From contig CALWHJ010000002.1 in NCBI GenBank assembly GCA_944380355.1, positions 128,368-192,367 of the forward strand: 64,000 nt of DNA. Direction: 5' to 3'. The DNA is from an uncultured Christensenellaceae bacterium (lineage in GTDB: Bacteria > Bacillota > Clostridia > Christensenellales > UBA3700). Made by a program: the position numbers and the translations under genes. The notes beneath the pieces were generated by a model. It did no database searches. It was not told the DNA's origin and saw only the letters and a program-made list of their open reading frames with translations. This document shows positions 27,349 to 37,690 of this stretch, one piece after another. Positions within the stretch are counted from its first letter, which is position 1. Every line of letters begins with the position of its first letter.

Positions 27349-27432
27349 GAAGCGGTAAGCGATAAAGCAATAATCTACGCGTTACGCGCCGTTTTAATCA
27401 GCGGCGCGTAAGGGAGAGTGTAGGGGTGAAGT

Positions 27433-28131
27433 ATGCGTAGTATACGTGAGAGATTACAAACATTTAAAAAGGACAAAACAGCGCGCGTGAGAGTATACGC
27501 TTTTACGGGTATGATTTTCAATATCGTGTGGTCTCTCGGAAAAATGGCAATAGGTATATTCAGCGGTATGTTCTTTTTCTCCATAAGCGGAATACATACT
27601 TTGCTCATAGGTATAGTCAAGAGTATATTTTTCAGAAACTATACCAAAGCAGACGCGGCGCGCGAGGTATACGTAAGCAGGGTTATAGGCGCGCTTACTG
27701 CGACATCGGCGGCAATATTCGTGCTTTATATGGCGAGGCTGTTTTTTGTGGAAGAAGACAGCGTTTACGGTCTGATACCGTCAATAACCATCGCCGCCTT
27801 TTCTTTCGGCGAGTTGGGTATGAGTATAGGCGGATTTGTCAAATCGCGTAAAAGGGAAGACCTTATGCTCTTTTCGCTCAAAGGCAGTAAGATAGCAAGC
27901 GGACTTTACGCGATAGTGCTTACTCAGACGGCAATTCTCTCGGCGCAGGGCGAGAGCGGTATGTCCGCATACAACGCTTTGTCGGGAGTGGCATTCGGGG
28001 GGTTGGCTTTCGTTGTCGGAATAGGAGTAATAATATATACGTTCAGTGCAAAGGGCATAAAGAAAGCCGTTCAGTCCACGCAGGAGGAAGACGGCGGGAC
28101 TTACGCCGAAGAAGAGAATATATCCGAATAA
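27433..28131 (+). CDS. Hypothetical polytopic membrane protein
   Basis: A 232-aa ORF with about six hydrophobic helices and an acidic C-terminus. No family was recognised. Confidence 0.5.
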   Translation: MRSIRERLQTFKKDKTARVRVYAFTGMIFNIVWSLGKMAIGIFSGMFFFSISGIHTLLIGIVKSIFFRNYTKADAAREVYVSRVIGALTATSAAIFVLYMARLFFVEEDSVYGLIPSITIAAFSFGELGMSIGGFVKSRKREDLMLFSLKGSKIASGLYAIVLTQTAILSAQGESGMSAYNALSGVAFGGLAFVVGIGVIIYTFSAKGIKKAVQSTQEEDGGTYAEEENISE

Positions 28132-28379
28132 GCATTGAGATTTTATATAATCGTAAAAGACGAGCCGATATCGGGATTTGATTTTTCAAACAAACCGCTA
28201 AGGCATTTAATATTCAAGACGCGTGGAAGTTTACATATTAGAGATATAGGAAATCTCGCTCAGGACGGATTTTAAAGGCAGTTTATTTGAGGACGAGGAC
28301 TTTTACGGTTAAAACTCAAATTTTAAATCTGAGGGCATTTGACGGCTTTAAATACGCGGTTTAAAGTTTTTTGTCAGTA

Positions 28380-28424
28380 AAAAACGAGAGGAACGCTCAT
28401 ATTACGGGCGTTCCTCTTTGTTTC
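28380..28424. terminator. Bidirectional terminator between convergent genes
   Basis: agaggaacgc (28387-28396) pairs with gcgttcctct (28408-28417). An A-run lies upstream and ttgttt downstream. Confidence 0.6.
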
Positions 28425-28449
28425 AGTACTTTTTTAAGTTTAATTATTG

Positions 28450-31152
28450 TCAGGCTTTGTCGAGAGTAAAGCTCAACGTTACGCTCTTGCCCTTTTCGAG
28501 TTTGACGGTTTTGCTTTCGGAAGAAAGTCCGCACGTAAGAGTGATTTCGCAGTTCTTTTCGGGCATAATCGTTACTTTAGCGGTTTTGCCTTTCAAGTCC
28601 CACTCGAGCGAGGTCATTACGGCCTGAATTTTAAGGCGCAAGCCCTTCATATATCCCTTATCGTAACCGCCGGTAGGTACGCTAGGAAGAATTTCTACGG
28701 AGTTTTCGTCGGAATATACAAGACATTCGTTGACCATACCCACGTAGCCTATTGCAAAGTCCGTGCAATAACAGCTTTCGGCATTAGTATGGTGGTTTGT
28801 CATAAGAGAATCGTAGTATATGCTCTTAGACATAAGCCCCAGCATTGCCGACGTAACCTCTTGTCTGTCACCCAGTCTTGCCGAGATAAGCGCACGGTGT
28901 ACGAGAGCGTGACTTGCCTTGTTTTCGCTTGCGCGGTTTTCGATTGCCTTTATAGCAGCCGCTTTCAATTCGCTGTCATACTTTGTATAGTTGAGAGGCC
29001 ATACGCAGTAGAGATGGCTTAAGTGTCTGTGCAGGTTGTTTTCGCTGAATTGCTTTACCGCCCATTCCTTGAGTGCGCCCGTTTCGTCGAAAAGAAAAGG
29101 AGGAATATTGTCCATGAGAGTTTCCCATTCGCTTACGTCGGCGTTAGGGTCGAGGTCGAGCATAACGTCAATGAGCATTTCCATATTATTTATGCAGGCA
29201 GCGATATCTATCGCAGAGTTTGCGACAGCGGGAGAAGGATAGTTGGAAGGATTGTTCTCGGGAGAATACGAAGGGATAATGCAGTAGGTTTCACCTTCGT
29301 TGAGAGATGTTTTGCCTTCCTCATAGCGGATATATCCGTTTGCGTCTGTGTAGTATTCGGGAGTGAGGAGTTGTTTCCAGTAGTTTGCCGCTTTGGTGAG
29401 AAGAGGAAGCATAATATCCTCTTTTAGGTTGAGATAACCTCTCTCTTTAAATACCGCAATCTGACTGTCGGTCAGGTCTGTAGAAGTAGGCGAGAGTACG
29501 GATTTAAGTTTGTTCAAATCGAACTCGTCGTTTACGGGAACCTGCAAATCTCCGTAGCACAAAAGCGTTTCGTAGAGTGGTTGCAGCATCCAGCTGGTAC
29601 CTGCGTTCCAGTATCTGAAAGGATAAGGATAGCAGCTCTCTGTAAAGATAGCTCTGTCGCCGTCGGTATTTACGGGAGCCTGCAAAGCGTCGGTATAGCC
29701 GTGCGTTGCGTAAGCGTTATCTTCCCAGTCGGGAGCCTGGCGCAGGATAAAGTTGACGTAGCCCAAAGGCGCGGAAAGAATGTTTGAAGTATTCATAGAG
29801 GAAGTCTGAAGGTTTACGTTTGCGTCCATAGTGTATTTGGAGCCCCAGCCCGTATTCCATTCGCCCGTCCACATACCGTACAGACGGCTTGTGGAGTAGC
29901 CGGCACAGCACAGATAAGCGTATCTTCCCGAGTAGTATGCCTTTTCAGCCATATTGGAAGTGAGAGGCCTTGTAGTACCTCTTTGCGCCTTAATTAAATC
30001 TTCGTTGGGAATACCCTGTTCGGCGTAGAGAGAAAAGTCTACGGAGTTGAAAAGCGGGGTAAATATATCGGTGTGCGCCTTAAAGGCTTTGGAGTAATCG
30101 AATTTTCCGTCAAATGTATATTTGGAAACCGTCTGAGAAGCGGAATTTACGAGGTTGTCGACGAGTTCGTAGGACTGCATACCTTGGAAGGTATCGAGCG
30201 TGCCCATATCGAACGTACGGTCGGATACTGCGATTACGTAGACGTTTGTCGCATCGGTAATTTTGACTGCGGGATTTTCGTCGGCTACGTATTGAGCTTC
30301 GGGGACATTGCTAAGCGAAATTATTTCTTTTGAGCCGCCCTCGCATACGATATAGCATACCGTAGCATAGCCGCCTTTTTTGAGTTCGCTATTTTCGTAG
30401 TCGGGATAGTGAGCGACAAATGCGAGATAATCTCCGTTTTCGTCAGCGATTTTTTTATACTGCAAATCCAACTCGTTTGCTCTTTTACCGTCTTCGGCGC
30501 GGTCGTATTGCGCCATAGAGGAGATGTTGTCGAGCGAGAGAGTCGCATTGACTTTTTTACCGTCGGAAGACGAGGAAATTTTGGTAATACTTACGTTATC
30601 GGCTTGCGAGGTAAAACTCGTACGTACCCACGAGCCGTTTTCGTCGGTATATTTTACTCCTACTTCCGCCGTTTCGTAATCGGTATAGCGCAGGTATTCG
30701 CTTGTCGTGCTTGCTGTCTGCGAGATACGCAGAATGCCGCCGGCGTGATAAGCGTATACGTCGTCGTAGGACTGATTGTCCACTATGTCTTTACCGTTGA
30801 CGATATTTTGTCTTACCGTTTCCAGCTCAGCGTACGATACGGGATTTTCGCGTTCGTTTTCGTTGGGCAGAATAAAGTGTATGTTCTGATATATGAGAGT
30901 GTCTTCATAGGGAGAACCGCTTGTGATAAAGCCTTGCAACCCGTTGCCCGAAACCATACCGTCGCGCCAGGCAGTATTGCCGTTTGCTTTGGGGCTGAGT
31001 TCGGAGAATTGTTCGGAAAAGGACATTTTTGCTTTGAAGAAAGGCGTATCGTCGTCATTGTTGCAAGCCGTAAGCGACAAAGCCGTGCAAGCAATGAGCG
31101 CGACAGCGACTACAATGCAAAAAATTTTGAATTTTTTCATAACTTCCCTCAC
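28450..31152 (-). CDS. GH95-like glycoside hydrolase (alpha-L-fucosidase/galactosidase family), lipoprotein
   Basis: The lipobox is LSLTAC. The N-terminal motif is WRDGMVSGNGLQG. The central motif is WTGEWNTGWGSKYTMDANVNLQ, which carries the N-x-N pair of GH95. HRHLSHLYCVWPL is also present. Length 900 aa. Confidence 0.7.
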   Translation of the reverse strand: MREVMKKFKIFCIVVAVALIACTALSLTACNNDDDTPFFKAKMSFSEQFSELSPKANGNTAWRDGMVSGNGLQGFITSGSPYEDTLIYQNIHFILPNENERENPVSYAELETVRQNIVNGKDIVDNQSYDDVYAYHAGGILRISQTASTTSEYLRYTDYETAEVGVKYTDENGSWVRTSFTSQADNVSITKISSSSDGKKVNATLSLDNISSMAQYDRAEDGKRANELDLQYKKIADENGDYLAFVAHYPDYENSELKKGGYATVCYIVCEGGSKEIISLSNVPEAQYVADENPAVKITDATNVYVIAVSDRTFDMGTLDTFQGMQSYELVDNLVNSASQTVSKYTFDGKFDYSKAFKAHTDIFTPLFNSVDFSLYAEQGIPNEDLIKAQRGTTRPLTSNMAEKAYYSGRYAYLCCAGYSTSRLYGMWTGEWNTGWGSKYTMDANVNLQTSSMNTSNILSAPLGYVNFILRQAPDWEDNAYATHGYTDALQAPVNTDGDRAIFTESCYPYPFRYWNAGTSWMLQPLYETLLCYGDLQVPVNDEFDLNKLKSVLSPTSTDLTDSQIAVFKERGYLNLKEDIMLPLLTKAANYWKQLLTPEYYTDANGYIRYEEGKTSLNEGETYCIIPSYSPENNPSNYPSPAVANSAIDIAACINNMEMLIDVMLDLDPNADVSEWETLMDNIPPFLFDETGALKEWAVKQFSENNLHRHLSHLYCVWPLNYTKYDSELKAAAIKAIENRASENKASHALVHRALISARLGDRQEVTSAMLGLMSKSIYYDSLMTNHHTNAESCYCTDFAIGYVGMVNECLVYSDENSVEILPSVPTGGYDKGYMKGLRLKIQAVMTSLEWDLKGKTAKVTIMPEKNCEITLTCGLSSESKTVKLEKGKSVTLSFTLDKA

Positions 31153-31309
31153 ATTTTGATTTTATTAAGATGAGTTTATCATATATCACCCTGTCAGGTC
31201 AATAAACTGATTGCGTTTAGATTTGTATTAAAGATTTTTTAGGAAAAATCCGACGAATGTCCTCTTAGCGCGAAGACGAATGCCTTTTTGCGCGAAGTGT
31301 AGAAGTGTA

Positions 31310-31352
31310 TTAAAGACAAAAGAAAAAGAAAAGGCGGTTTGTTCCACCTTTT
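31310..31352 (-). terminator. Probable Rho-independent terminator (minus strand)
   Basis: On the minus strand, aaggtgg-aacaaa-ccgcctt (one mismatch) is followed by a T-rich run. Confidence 0.4.
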
Positions 31353-31375
31353 CCTTTTGATTGATTAACGCTTTG

Positions 31376-31726
31376 TCAGAGAGAGCGTATGCTTTCCACG
31401 GGTTTTTTCTTGGAGTTGAAATACACGGGGAAGAAAGTCGAGATAAACGCCGATACCAGAGCTATTCCTGTTATCATCAATACGGAGAGAAAGCCGAAAT
31501 TGAACAGAGATACGGTAATTCCGGAATCGTTAGACACGGAGTTGTTGATAAGTCCGGCGAATACCCTCGTAAATATTATGGACAGAATAATGCATATCGC
31601 TGCGATGATAAACGCTTCCGAGAAGAATATTTTGAATACATCAGTGCCTCTTGCTCCGACAGCGCGCAAAATACCTATATCCTTTTTCTTTGCTGAAATT
31701 GACGCCGTGATAAAATTGAAGAGCAA
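31376..31726 (-). pseudogene. C-terminal remnant of an FtsX-family ABC-transporter permease
   Basis: The 116-aa ORF contains KKDIGILRAVGARGTDVFKIFFSEAF plus the last TM helices of an FtsX domain. Only 40 nt separate it from the upstream gene's stop, so the rest of the permease is absent. Confidence 0.6.
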
Positions 31727-31766
31727 AGCCTTTCTTTTCCAGAAAGGCTTTTTTGTTTTGTTGATA

Positions 31767-32570
31767 TCAAATTTTCACTGCAACCGGCTTGTGATTGAGA
31801 TATTTGAAAAGATACTTAAAGCCCAGTGCTTTTACCGTTTCGCACACCTTGTCGTAGTTGGCGCAAAGTCGGTTTGTGCGGTGCGCGTCCGAGCCGAAAG
31901 TCAGAAGCTCGCCTCCGAGTTCTTTGTAGCGTTTGGTTATCTCGGGCGACGCCATAAAGTCAAGTCCCGTACCTTCGCTGTGCGAATTGAGTTCTAAGGC
32001 TTTTCCTTTCGAGATTATTGTCTTGAGTATATCGTCGAGTATATCGGAATAGTCCTTGTAGTCGAGAGATATATCGTCATAAGTGGATTTTCTTATGACG
32101 TAACCTATATGTCCCACGCTGTCATAGTGATAAGGTACGTCCAGACTGTCGCGTACGGCTTTGAGATATGCGTAATAAGCTTGGCGTTTTGTGCGTTTTG
32201 CAAAGTAGGAAGGCTCGTAGCAGTCCTCGTACTCAATCGTGTGTACGGAATTTATTATAATATCAGTATCGTACTTTTTGAGGTTTTCGAGATAAATGCC
32301 GTCAGCCTCGCGCATAAAACCGCATTCGATGCCCACGCCTACCTCTATCTTGTCCCTATATTTTTCTTTTAGAAAAGAGATAACTTTGAAGTGATTATCG
32401 AGGTCTATCTGCGGGATATACGAAAATTCGGGCAAAAGCGTGAGTTCGCCGTCGTAATGGTCGGTTACGGCTATATATTCCAAGCCTTTTTCTATTGCGT
32501 ATTTTACAAGTTCTTCGGGGTCTTGCCGGCTGTCGTGCGAGTGCATACAATGCGTGTGCGTATCAAACAT
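31767..32570 (-). CDS. PHP-domain histidinol-phosphatase family protein (HisJ/HisK type)
   Basis: The N-terminal MFDTHTHCMHSHDS is the HxH metal motif. Downstream His/Asp ligands are present (TDHYD, SVHTIE, SVGHIGY, GSDAH). Length 267 aa. Confidence 0.8.
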   Translation of the reverse strand: MFDTHTHCMHSHDSRQDPEELVKYAIEKGLEYIAVTDHYDGELTLLPEFSYIPQIDLDNHFKVISFLKEKYRDKIEVGVGIECGFMREADGIYLENLKKYDTDIIINSVHTIEYEDCYEPSYFAKRTKRQAYYAYLKAVRDSLDVPYHYDSVGHIGYVIRKSTYDDISLDYKDYSDILDDILKTIISKGKALELNSHSEGTGLDFMASPEITKRYKELGGELLTFGSDAHRTNRLCANYDKVCETVKALGFKYLFKYLNHKPVAVKI

Positions 32571-32629
32571 AATATATTCTCCTGCACAATATAATACTCC
32601 AAAACGTGCGCCGTGTCAAACGTAGTAAA

Positions 32630-32659
32630 TTGACAATATCGCTTTATAAGTGGTAAAAT
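32630..32659 (+). promoter_or_regulatory. Candidate extended -10 promoter of ung
   Basis: TTGACA at 32630-32635, an 18-nt spacer ending in TGg, TAAAAT at 32654-32659. Confidence 0.45.
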
Positions 32660-32695
32660 ATAAAAAACGTTCAATAAGAGGATAATGAGGATATT

Positions 32696-33373
32696 ATGTC
32701 ATCTCATCTCAACAACAGCTGGGACGAAAAACTCGAGAGTGAGTTTTCCAAAGACTATTTTGAAGATATAAGAAAGTTTTTGCGCAAGGAGTACGGCGAA
32801 TACCGCGTATATCCTCCTATGAAAGAGATACTTTCGGCGTTTGAATACACTCCTTACGAAAAAGTACGCGCGGTGATTTTGGGGCAGGACCCTTACCACG
32901 GCTACGGACAAGCCAACGGCTTGTGTTTTTCCGTGCGCAAAGGAGTCAAATGCCCTCCCTCGCTCGTAAATATTTATAAGGCGCTCGAATACGATTTGGG
33001 CATACCCGTAAGCGATTGCGGAGATTTGACGGGTTGGGCAAAGGAAGGAGTGCTTCTTCTCAACACCGTGCTGACAGTCAGAGAAGGTTGTCCTCAGAGC
33101 CATTCCAAGATAGGCTGGGAGAGGTTTACCGACGCGGTAATACGTATGATTAGCGACTCACCCTATCCCACGGTGTTTATGTTGTGGGGCAATCCTGCCA
33201 AGGCAAAAGAAAAACTCATTGACACTCAAAAACATCTCGTGCTAAAAAGCGTGCATCCCTCTCCTTTGTCTTTCTACAACGGCTTTTTGGAGTGCCGACA
33301 CTTCTCCAAGGCAAACGAATTTCTCAAAGCACACGGCAGGGGCGAGATAGACTGGTCAAGACGCGGAGAATAA
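32696..33373 (+). CDS. ung: Uracil-DNA glycosylase (family 1)
   Basis: Signatures are VILGQDPYHG, GVLLLNTVLTV and HPSPLS. Length 225 aa. Confidence 0.92.
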   Translation: MSSHLNNSWDEKLESEFSKDYFEDIRKFLRKEYGEYRVYPPMKEILSAFEYTPYEKVRAVILGQDPYHGYGQANGLCFSVRKGVKCPPSLVNIYKALEYDLGIPVSDCGDLTGWAKEGVLLLNTVLTVREGCPQSHSKIGWERFTDAVIRMISDSPYPTVFMLWGNPAKAKEKLIDTQKHLVLKSVHPSPLSFYNGFLECRHFSKANEFLKAHGRGEIDWSRRGE

Positions 33374-33482
33374 CCGTATTTTTTGCTTGCGAGTATCATC
33401 GGGCAGGTTTGTTTTTGCAACGAGTTAAAAAAAAGATTTACTTTCGGGCTGTTAAAAGTGACAAAAAAAGTTGAGAATTTTA

Positions 33483-33511
33483 TTGCAATATCTTTTTTGT
33501 TATATTATAAT
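33483..33511 (+). promoter_or_regulatory. Candidate SigA promoter (TTGCAA-17-TATAAT)
   Basis: TTGCAA at 33483-33488, a 17-nt spacer, TATAAT at 33506-33511. Confidence 0.45.
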
Positions 33512-33555
33512 TATACTTGCTATTATATAAATTACCTGCGATATAGGAGTTTAAT

Positions 33556-35073
33556 ATGAACAAATTGTACAAGATTATCATTCTTTGTCTCGTAGTTTGT
33601 ATGCTCGTAGGAATATGCGTTGCGTGTGAAAACACGAAGTACGGTCCTATCGGCACTACCGAGGACAAAGACAAAGAGGCTGTCAACAACGGCGGTCTTA
33701 TAGTCCGGCAGGGCAAGTACGTCTATTACGTCAACGGTATGGATTCGACGTCCAATATCACCAAGCCCGAGGATAACTATTTCGGAAAAGCTTCCGTAAA
33801 AGGCAGCATCATGAAGAGTGAAATCGGCGAAGACGGCACGATAAAGAGCACCGACGTAGTAGTTCCCAAGATGATATATACTACTGCTACGAACGGCGGT
33901 ATTTACGTATACGGCGAGTGGATATACTATCTCTCCCCTTCTACCAAAACCGACAACCAGAGCAACGTGCTCGTAGACCAGCTCGTAGCTGCCCGTACCA
34001 AGATTGACGGTACCAAGACTCAGGAAATCGCTACTTTCAGCGCGACCGATACCAAGTACGTATTTACTCAGAATGCGCTTGTATATTACGAGGGCACCGA
34101 GCTCAAGAAAGTTGGCTACTCTGCTGACTCCGTAGACAAGAAAGCTTCCACGCTTTCAGGCGAAGTATCTTCCGTACTCTTTACCGAAAAAAGTTCGGTA
34201 GTATTCTTTGTAAAGGCTACCGAGAACGACGCACGTCAGAACAACAACGTATTTGCCGTAGTAAACGGCGAAGTTAAGGAAGTAGTTACCGACGCTACCT
34301 ACGAAGGAAGCGACAGTGATCTTTCCAAGCAGTACGTCTTCACGCTTCTCTCTTACGACGTTAAGGAAAACGTGCTTTATTACACCAAGGCAGGCAGCAA
34401 CTCCGCTGCTTCCGCAGCAACTTACGGATACGAGTTCGGCGAGGACTTCTCTTTCAATCCCGAGGGAGAAAAGAAGTTTGCTACTTCTTCCCTTTCCACT
34501 TTCGTAAGTCTCGGATTTGACAAGGGGCTTCTCGATATGTCTGCTACTTCACTTAAGCTTTACAAGCCCATAGCAGAGAACGCATACGTCAACGATACCG
34601 AAACCTACGCTACTCTTGCGGCTACCGGCGCAAAGATTGTTTCCGTAGACGACACTTATATGTATTATGTTCTTTCCAACGTACTTTACAGAATCAAGTA
34701 CGCTGACAAGAAAGCTATCCCCGACAAGATAAGCGACGATACAATCAACACTTCGTGGCTCAATATCTCCGTTCTCGACGGATATATGTACTATATCGAC
34801 AATACTTACAGCTACTTGTTCAGAATGGACCTTGACAGCTACAATCCCGTAAACAACGGCGAAAACGACAGCAAGATTTCGGGTGAAATCGTAAGCGGTA
34901 CGAGAAGGGCTGCCGTAAGCAAGGATGAGGACGGCGAGATTACCATCAAGTACGTTTCCGACGATGCAAACGAAGAGGGCGTAAGATATTATCAGTTGCC
35001 CAAGTTTATGACCGAGAGCGACGTCAAGCTTTACGCTTCCGCGCTTTACGATGCAGACGAGGAAGAGGAATAA
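33556..35073 (+). CDS. Lipoprotein, probably a DUF5050-like beta-propeller
   Basis: The lipobox is GICVAC. Recurrent blades end in aromatic YY motifs (KYVYYVNG, EWIYYLS, ALVYYEG, NVLYYTK, TYMYYVL, GYMYYID). Confidence 0.5.
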   Translation: MNKLYKIIILCLVVCMLVGICVACENTKYGPIGTTEDKDKEAVNNGGLIVRQGKYVYYVNGMDSTSNITKPEDNYFGKASVKGSIMKSEIGEDGTIKSTDVVVPKMIYTTATNGGIYVYGEWIYYLSPSTKTDNQSNVLVDQLVAARTKIDGTKTQEIATFSATDTKYVFTQNALVYYEGTELKKVGYSADSVDKKASTLSGEVSSVLFTEKSSVVFFVKATENDARQNNNVFAVVNGEVKEVVTDATYEGSDSDLSKQYVFTLLSYDVKENVLYYTKAGSNSAASAATYGYEFGEDFSFNPEGEKKFATSSLSTFVSLGFDKGLLDMSATSLKLYKPIAENAYVNDTETYATLAATGAKIVSVDDTYMYYVLSNVLYRIKYADKKAIPDKISDDTINTSWLNISVLDGYMYYIDNTYSYLFRMDLDSYNPVNNGENDSKISGEIVSGTRRAAVSKDEDGEITIKYVSDDANEEGVRYYQLPKFMTESDVKLYASALYDADEEEE

Positions 35074-35111
35074 TCCTTTGACGAATTAAGCGCAAATTGC
35101 GCGAGCGAAAT

Positions 35112-35142
35112 AAAAAGGAGCGTTTGACGCTCCTTTTTTTTG
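35112..35142 (+). terminator. Rho-independent terminator
   Basis: ggagcg (35117-35122) pairs with cgctcc (35128-35133) and is followed by T8. Confidence 0.8.
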
Positions 35143-35178
35143 TCAAAGTGTTGCACTTGAAAGTATAATTCACCATCG

Positions 35179-35211
35179 ACAAAAAAAATACGGCGGATAT
35201 TCCGCCGTATT
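35179..35211 (-). terminator. Rho-independent terminator of the SIS-domain gene
   Basis: atacggcgg (35188-35196) pairs with ccgccgtat (35202-35210), with a T-run on the minus strand. Confidence 0.75.
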
Positions 35212-35233
35212 GCATATTTTAGCTGATTGATTG

Positions 35234-36265
35234 TTACAGTGTTATAGTAACCTTGTTGAGGTTTCTGGGCGTGTCTACGTTAAGACCTTTCGCAAGACCG
35301 ATATTGAGTGCGAGAAGACTTATTGCGGTGCCGTAAAGTACGGGAGCTTCGAGTGCGTTAGCGTCGGGCATAACGACCTTGTTGGTTGCCAAATCGAGTA
35401 TCTCGGGTACGTTGCTGAATACAGTGAGATTTGCTCCGAGATTCTTAGCTCTCTTTGCCATATCTGCAAATTCCTGTTTGCATTCGCAATCAGGCGCAAG
35501 CAATATCACGTTTGCCTTGTCGTCGAGAAGGGAAAGAGGACCGTGCATAAAGTTAGCCGAAGAATACGAGCGGTTGAATAGATAGCAGCACTCAGTGAGT
35601 TTGAGAGCGCACTCGTCACCCGTACCGAGCATTGTGCCTCTGGACAATATGATAAAGTTGTTGAGTTTGTGGAGCTTTTCCGCTACGTCCTTTATCTGAG
35701 CGTTCATATCGAGTATTTCCTGTACTCTGTCGGCAAGCTTGTTCATATCGAGATTGAGATTTCCGCCGAGCGCGTCAGTAAGCATATAAAGAGCAAAGAG
35801 TTCTCCGATATATGTCTTGGTTGCAGCTACGCTCTTTTCTTCCTCTACGTCCATAAAGAGGTGGAAGTCTGCGTTTTTAGCAATAGGGCTTTGCGCATTG
35901 TTGGTTACGGCAACGGTGAGCGCGCCGTTTTTCATAGCTTTCTCCATTACGGCGATAGTATCTTTGGACATACCGCTCTGGGAGATAACTACCATACAGG
36001 TATGTTGCATATCCACGTCGCAATCGTATACAGTGGTGAGCGAGGGATGATATTTACCTACTTTAATACCCGTCTTGAGGGGGCATACGAAAGAAAATAC
36101 GGTTGCGGCATTGTCAGAGGTACCGCGTGCCATCGTAACGATATTGGTTATTTTCTTTTCTTTAAAAGCTTTTGCGATTGCGGAAAGTACGGGAGTACAA
36201 GCCGCTACCGTGCGCTTTAGCATAGAGGGTTCGCTGAAAATTTCTTGTTGCATCAATGTGGTCAT
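35234..36265 (-). CDS. Double-SIS-domain sugar-phosphate isomerase/deaminase (GlmS C-terminal / AgaS / FrlB-like)
   Basis: At 343 aa it lacks a glutaminase domain. SIS motifs are ARGTSDNAA, VISQSGMSKDT and VTNNAQSPIA. There is a second SIS half. Confidence 0.7.
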   Translation of the reverse strand: MTTLMQQEIFSEPSMLKRTVAACTPVLSAIAKAFKEKKITNIVTMARGTSDNAATVFSFVCPLKTGIKVGKYHPSLTTVYDCDVDMQHTCMVVISQSGMSKDTIAVMEKAMKNGALTVAVTNNAQSPIAKNADFHLFMDVEEEKSVAATKTYIGELFALYMLTDALGGNLNLDMNKLADRVQEILDMNAQIKDVAEKLHKLNNFIILSRGTMLGTGDECALKLTECCYLFNRSYSSANFMHGPLSLLDDKANVILLAPDCECKQEFADMAKRAKNLGANLTVFSNVPEILDLATNKVVMPDANALEAPVLYGTAISLLALNIGLAKGLNVDTPRNLNKVTITL

Positions 36266-36359
36266 AGTTCACCTCGTAGAAATTATTACAATAGAATTAT
36301 AGCATAAAAGGCATTTCTTAATCAATAATATTTGAAATTAATAAGCAATATACCTTTTA

Positions 36360-37634
36360 TCAGTGCAAAAGAGTGTTGACGAACTGCTCTGCCATACGTC
36401 CGGACTTTGCGCCGTTGCGCATAGCCCACGTGAGAGCCTGTTTGTCCAGTTGGTCGAGAGGGATTTTTATACCCGCGCGGTTTGCCAGCTCGTGTACGAT
36501 ATTCAAAAACTCCTGTTGGTCGGGAGAAGGATAGTATACGCTGAGGCCGAAACGCGCTACGAGAGAGAGCTTCTCGTTTTTGGTATCCGACTTATGAAGT
36601 TCGTCGTCTGCGCTCCTGTCGTTGCCGTCGCTGTAATTTTCCTTGATTATGTGGCGGCGGTTGGACGTAGCGTAAATGAGTACGTTGTCAGGCTTTACTT
36701 CGAGACCTCCGTCGATAATCGCTTTGAAGTATTTGTATTCGACTTCGAAGTCATCGAAAGACAAATCGTCGAGATAAAGTACGTATTTGTAGTTTCTCGA
36801 AGCAATCTGACTTATGATATCGCTTATAAACATAAATTGATGCTTGTATATCTCGATGACTCTCAGTCCCTTGTCGTAATACTCATTGATGAGTGCCTTT
36901 ATCGTCGAGGACTTACCTGTGCCCATATCTCCGTACAAAAGAACGTTGTTTGCCTTTTTGCCTGCGAGAAAAGCCTCGGTATTCTGTACTACTTTCTGTT
37001 TTTGCAATTCGTAGCCGACCAAATCTTTGAGAAGTTTTGAATCCATACTCGTGATAGGCAGAAGCTGAGAAGAGTGGTGCGTAATCTTCTTTTGAGGAAG
37101 ACTGTCTTTAGCTACTACCCTGAAGGCTTTATTGAGTCCCAATTCGCCTACGCCGTAAGTTCTGTAAAAATCTATTATGCAATCGAGAAAAGAGGTTGCC
37201 GAATTGCATTTTTCGAGTTTTGCAGTAAATACGGCAATCAAATCCGCATATGGTTTAGCCGAAGCAGCCAAGGTGCTTTTGAATTTTGTAATGTATTGTG
37301 CCGTATCTCCGATTAAGTTTATGCTTTCCAAGCGGTAGTTGAAAATCTCCATAAGGATTTTGCAATCGTCGTAGGCAATGTTCTCAAGCGAGCCTTCCAC
37401 GCTTTCTCTGCGCTCGTAGGCAAGCGAAAAAGCGTTGACGTCGCTTGCAATGAAATAAGCTATATAATAATGCCAGCTGTTGCCTTTTACTGCGTGCGTA
37501 TTTGCAAAGTCCATCAAATCCCCCAAAGTATTGTTGAGATTGACTTCCTGAGAGTTTTGCGACAGTTTTACGAATCTTTCCAATATAGTATTCGATATAT
37601 CGTATAATTTTAGTTTTGAAGTAAGATTTTGCAT
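36360..37634 (-). CDS. DUF815-type AAA ATPase
   Basis: The Walker A motif is LYGDMGTGKSST and the Walker B motif is YVLYLDDLSF. The size of 424 aa and the C-terminal helical region fit the family. Confidence 0.65.
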   Translation of the reverse strand: MQNLTSKLKLYDISNTILERFVKLSQNSQEVNLNNTLGDLMDFANTHAVKGNSWHYYIAYFIASDVNAFSLAYERRESVEGSLENIAYDDCKILMEIFNYRLESINLIGDTAQYITKFKSTLAASAKPYADLIAVFTAKLEKCNSATSFLDCIIDFYRTYGVGELGLNKAFRVVAKDSLPQKKITHHSSQLLPITSMDSKLLKDLVGYELQKQKVVQNTEAFLAGKKANNVLLYGDMGTGKSSTIKALINEYYDKGLRVIEIYKHQFMFISDIISQIASRNYKYVLYLDDLSFDDFEVEYKYFKAIIDGGLEVKPDNVLIYATSNRRHIIKENYSDGNDRSADDELHKSDTKNEKLSLVARFGLSVYYPSPDQQEFLNIVHELANRAGIKIPLDQLDKQALTWAMRNGAKSGRMAEQFVNTLLH

Positions 37635-37690
37635 ATTTTTTCCTCGGTGATAATTATAGCATTAATATTTGATAAAGACAACCTTTTTTA

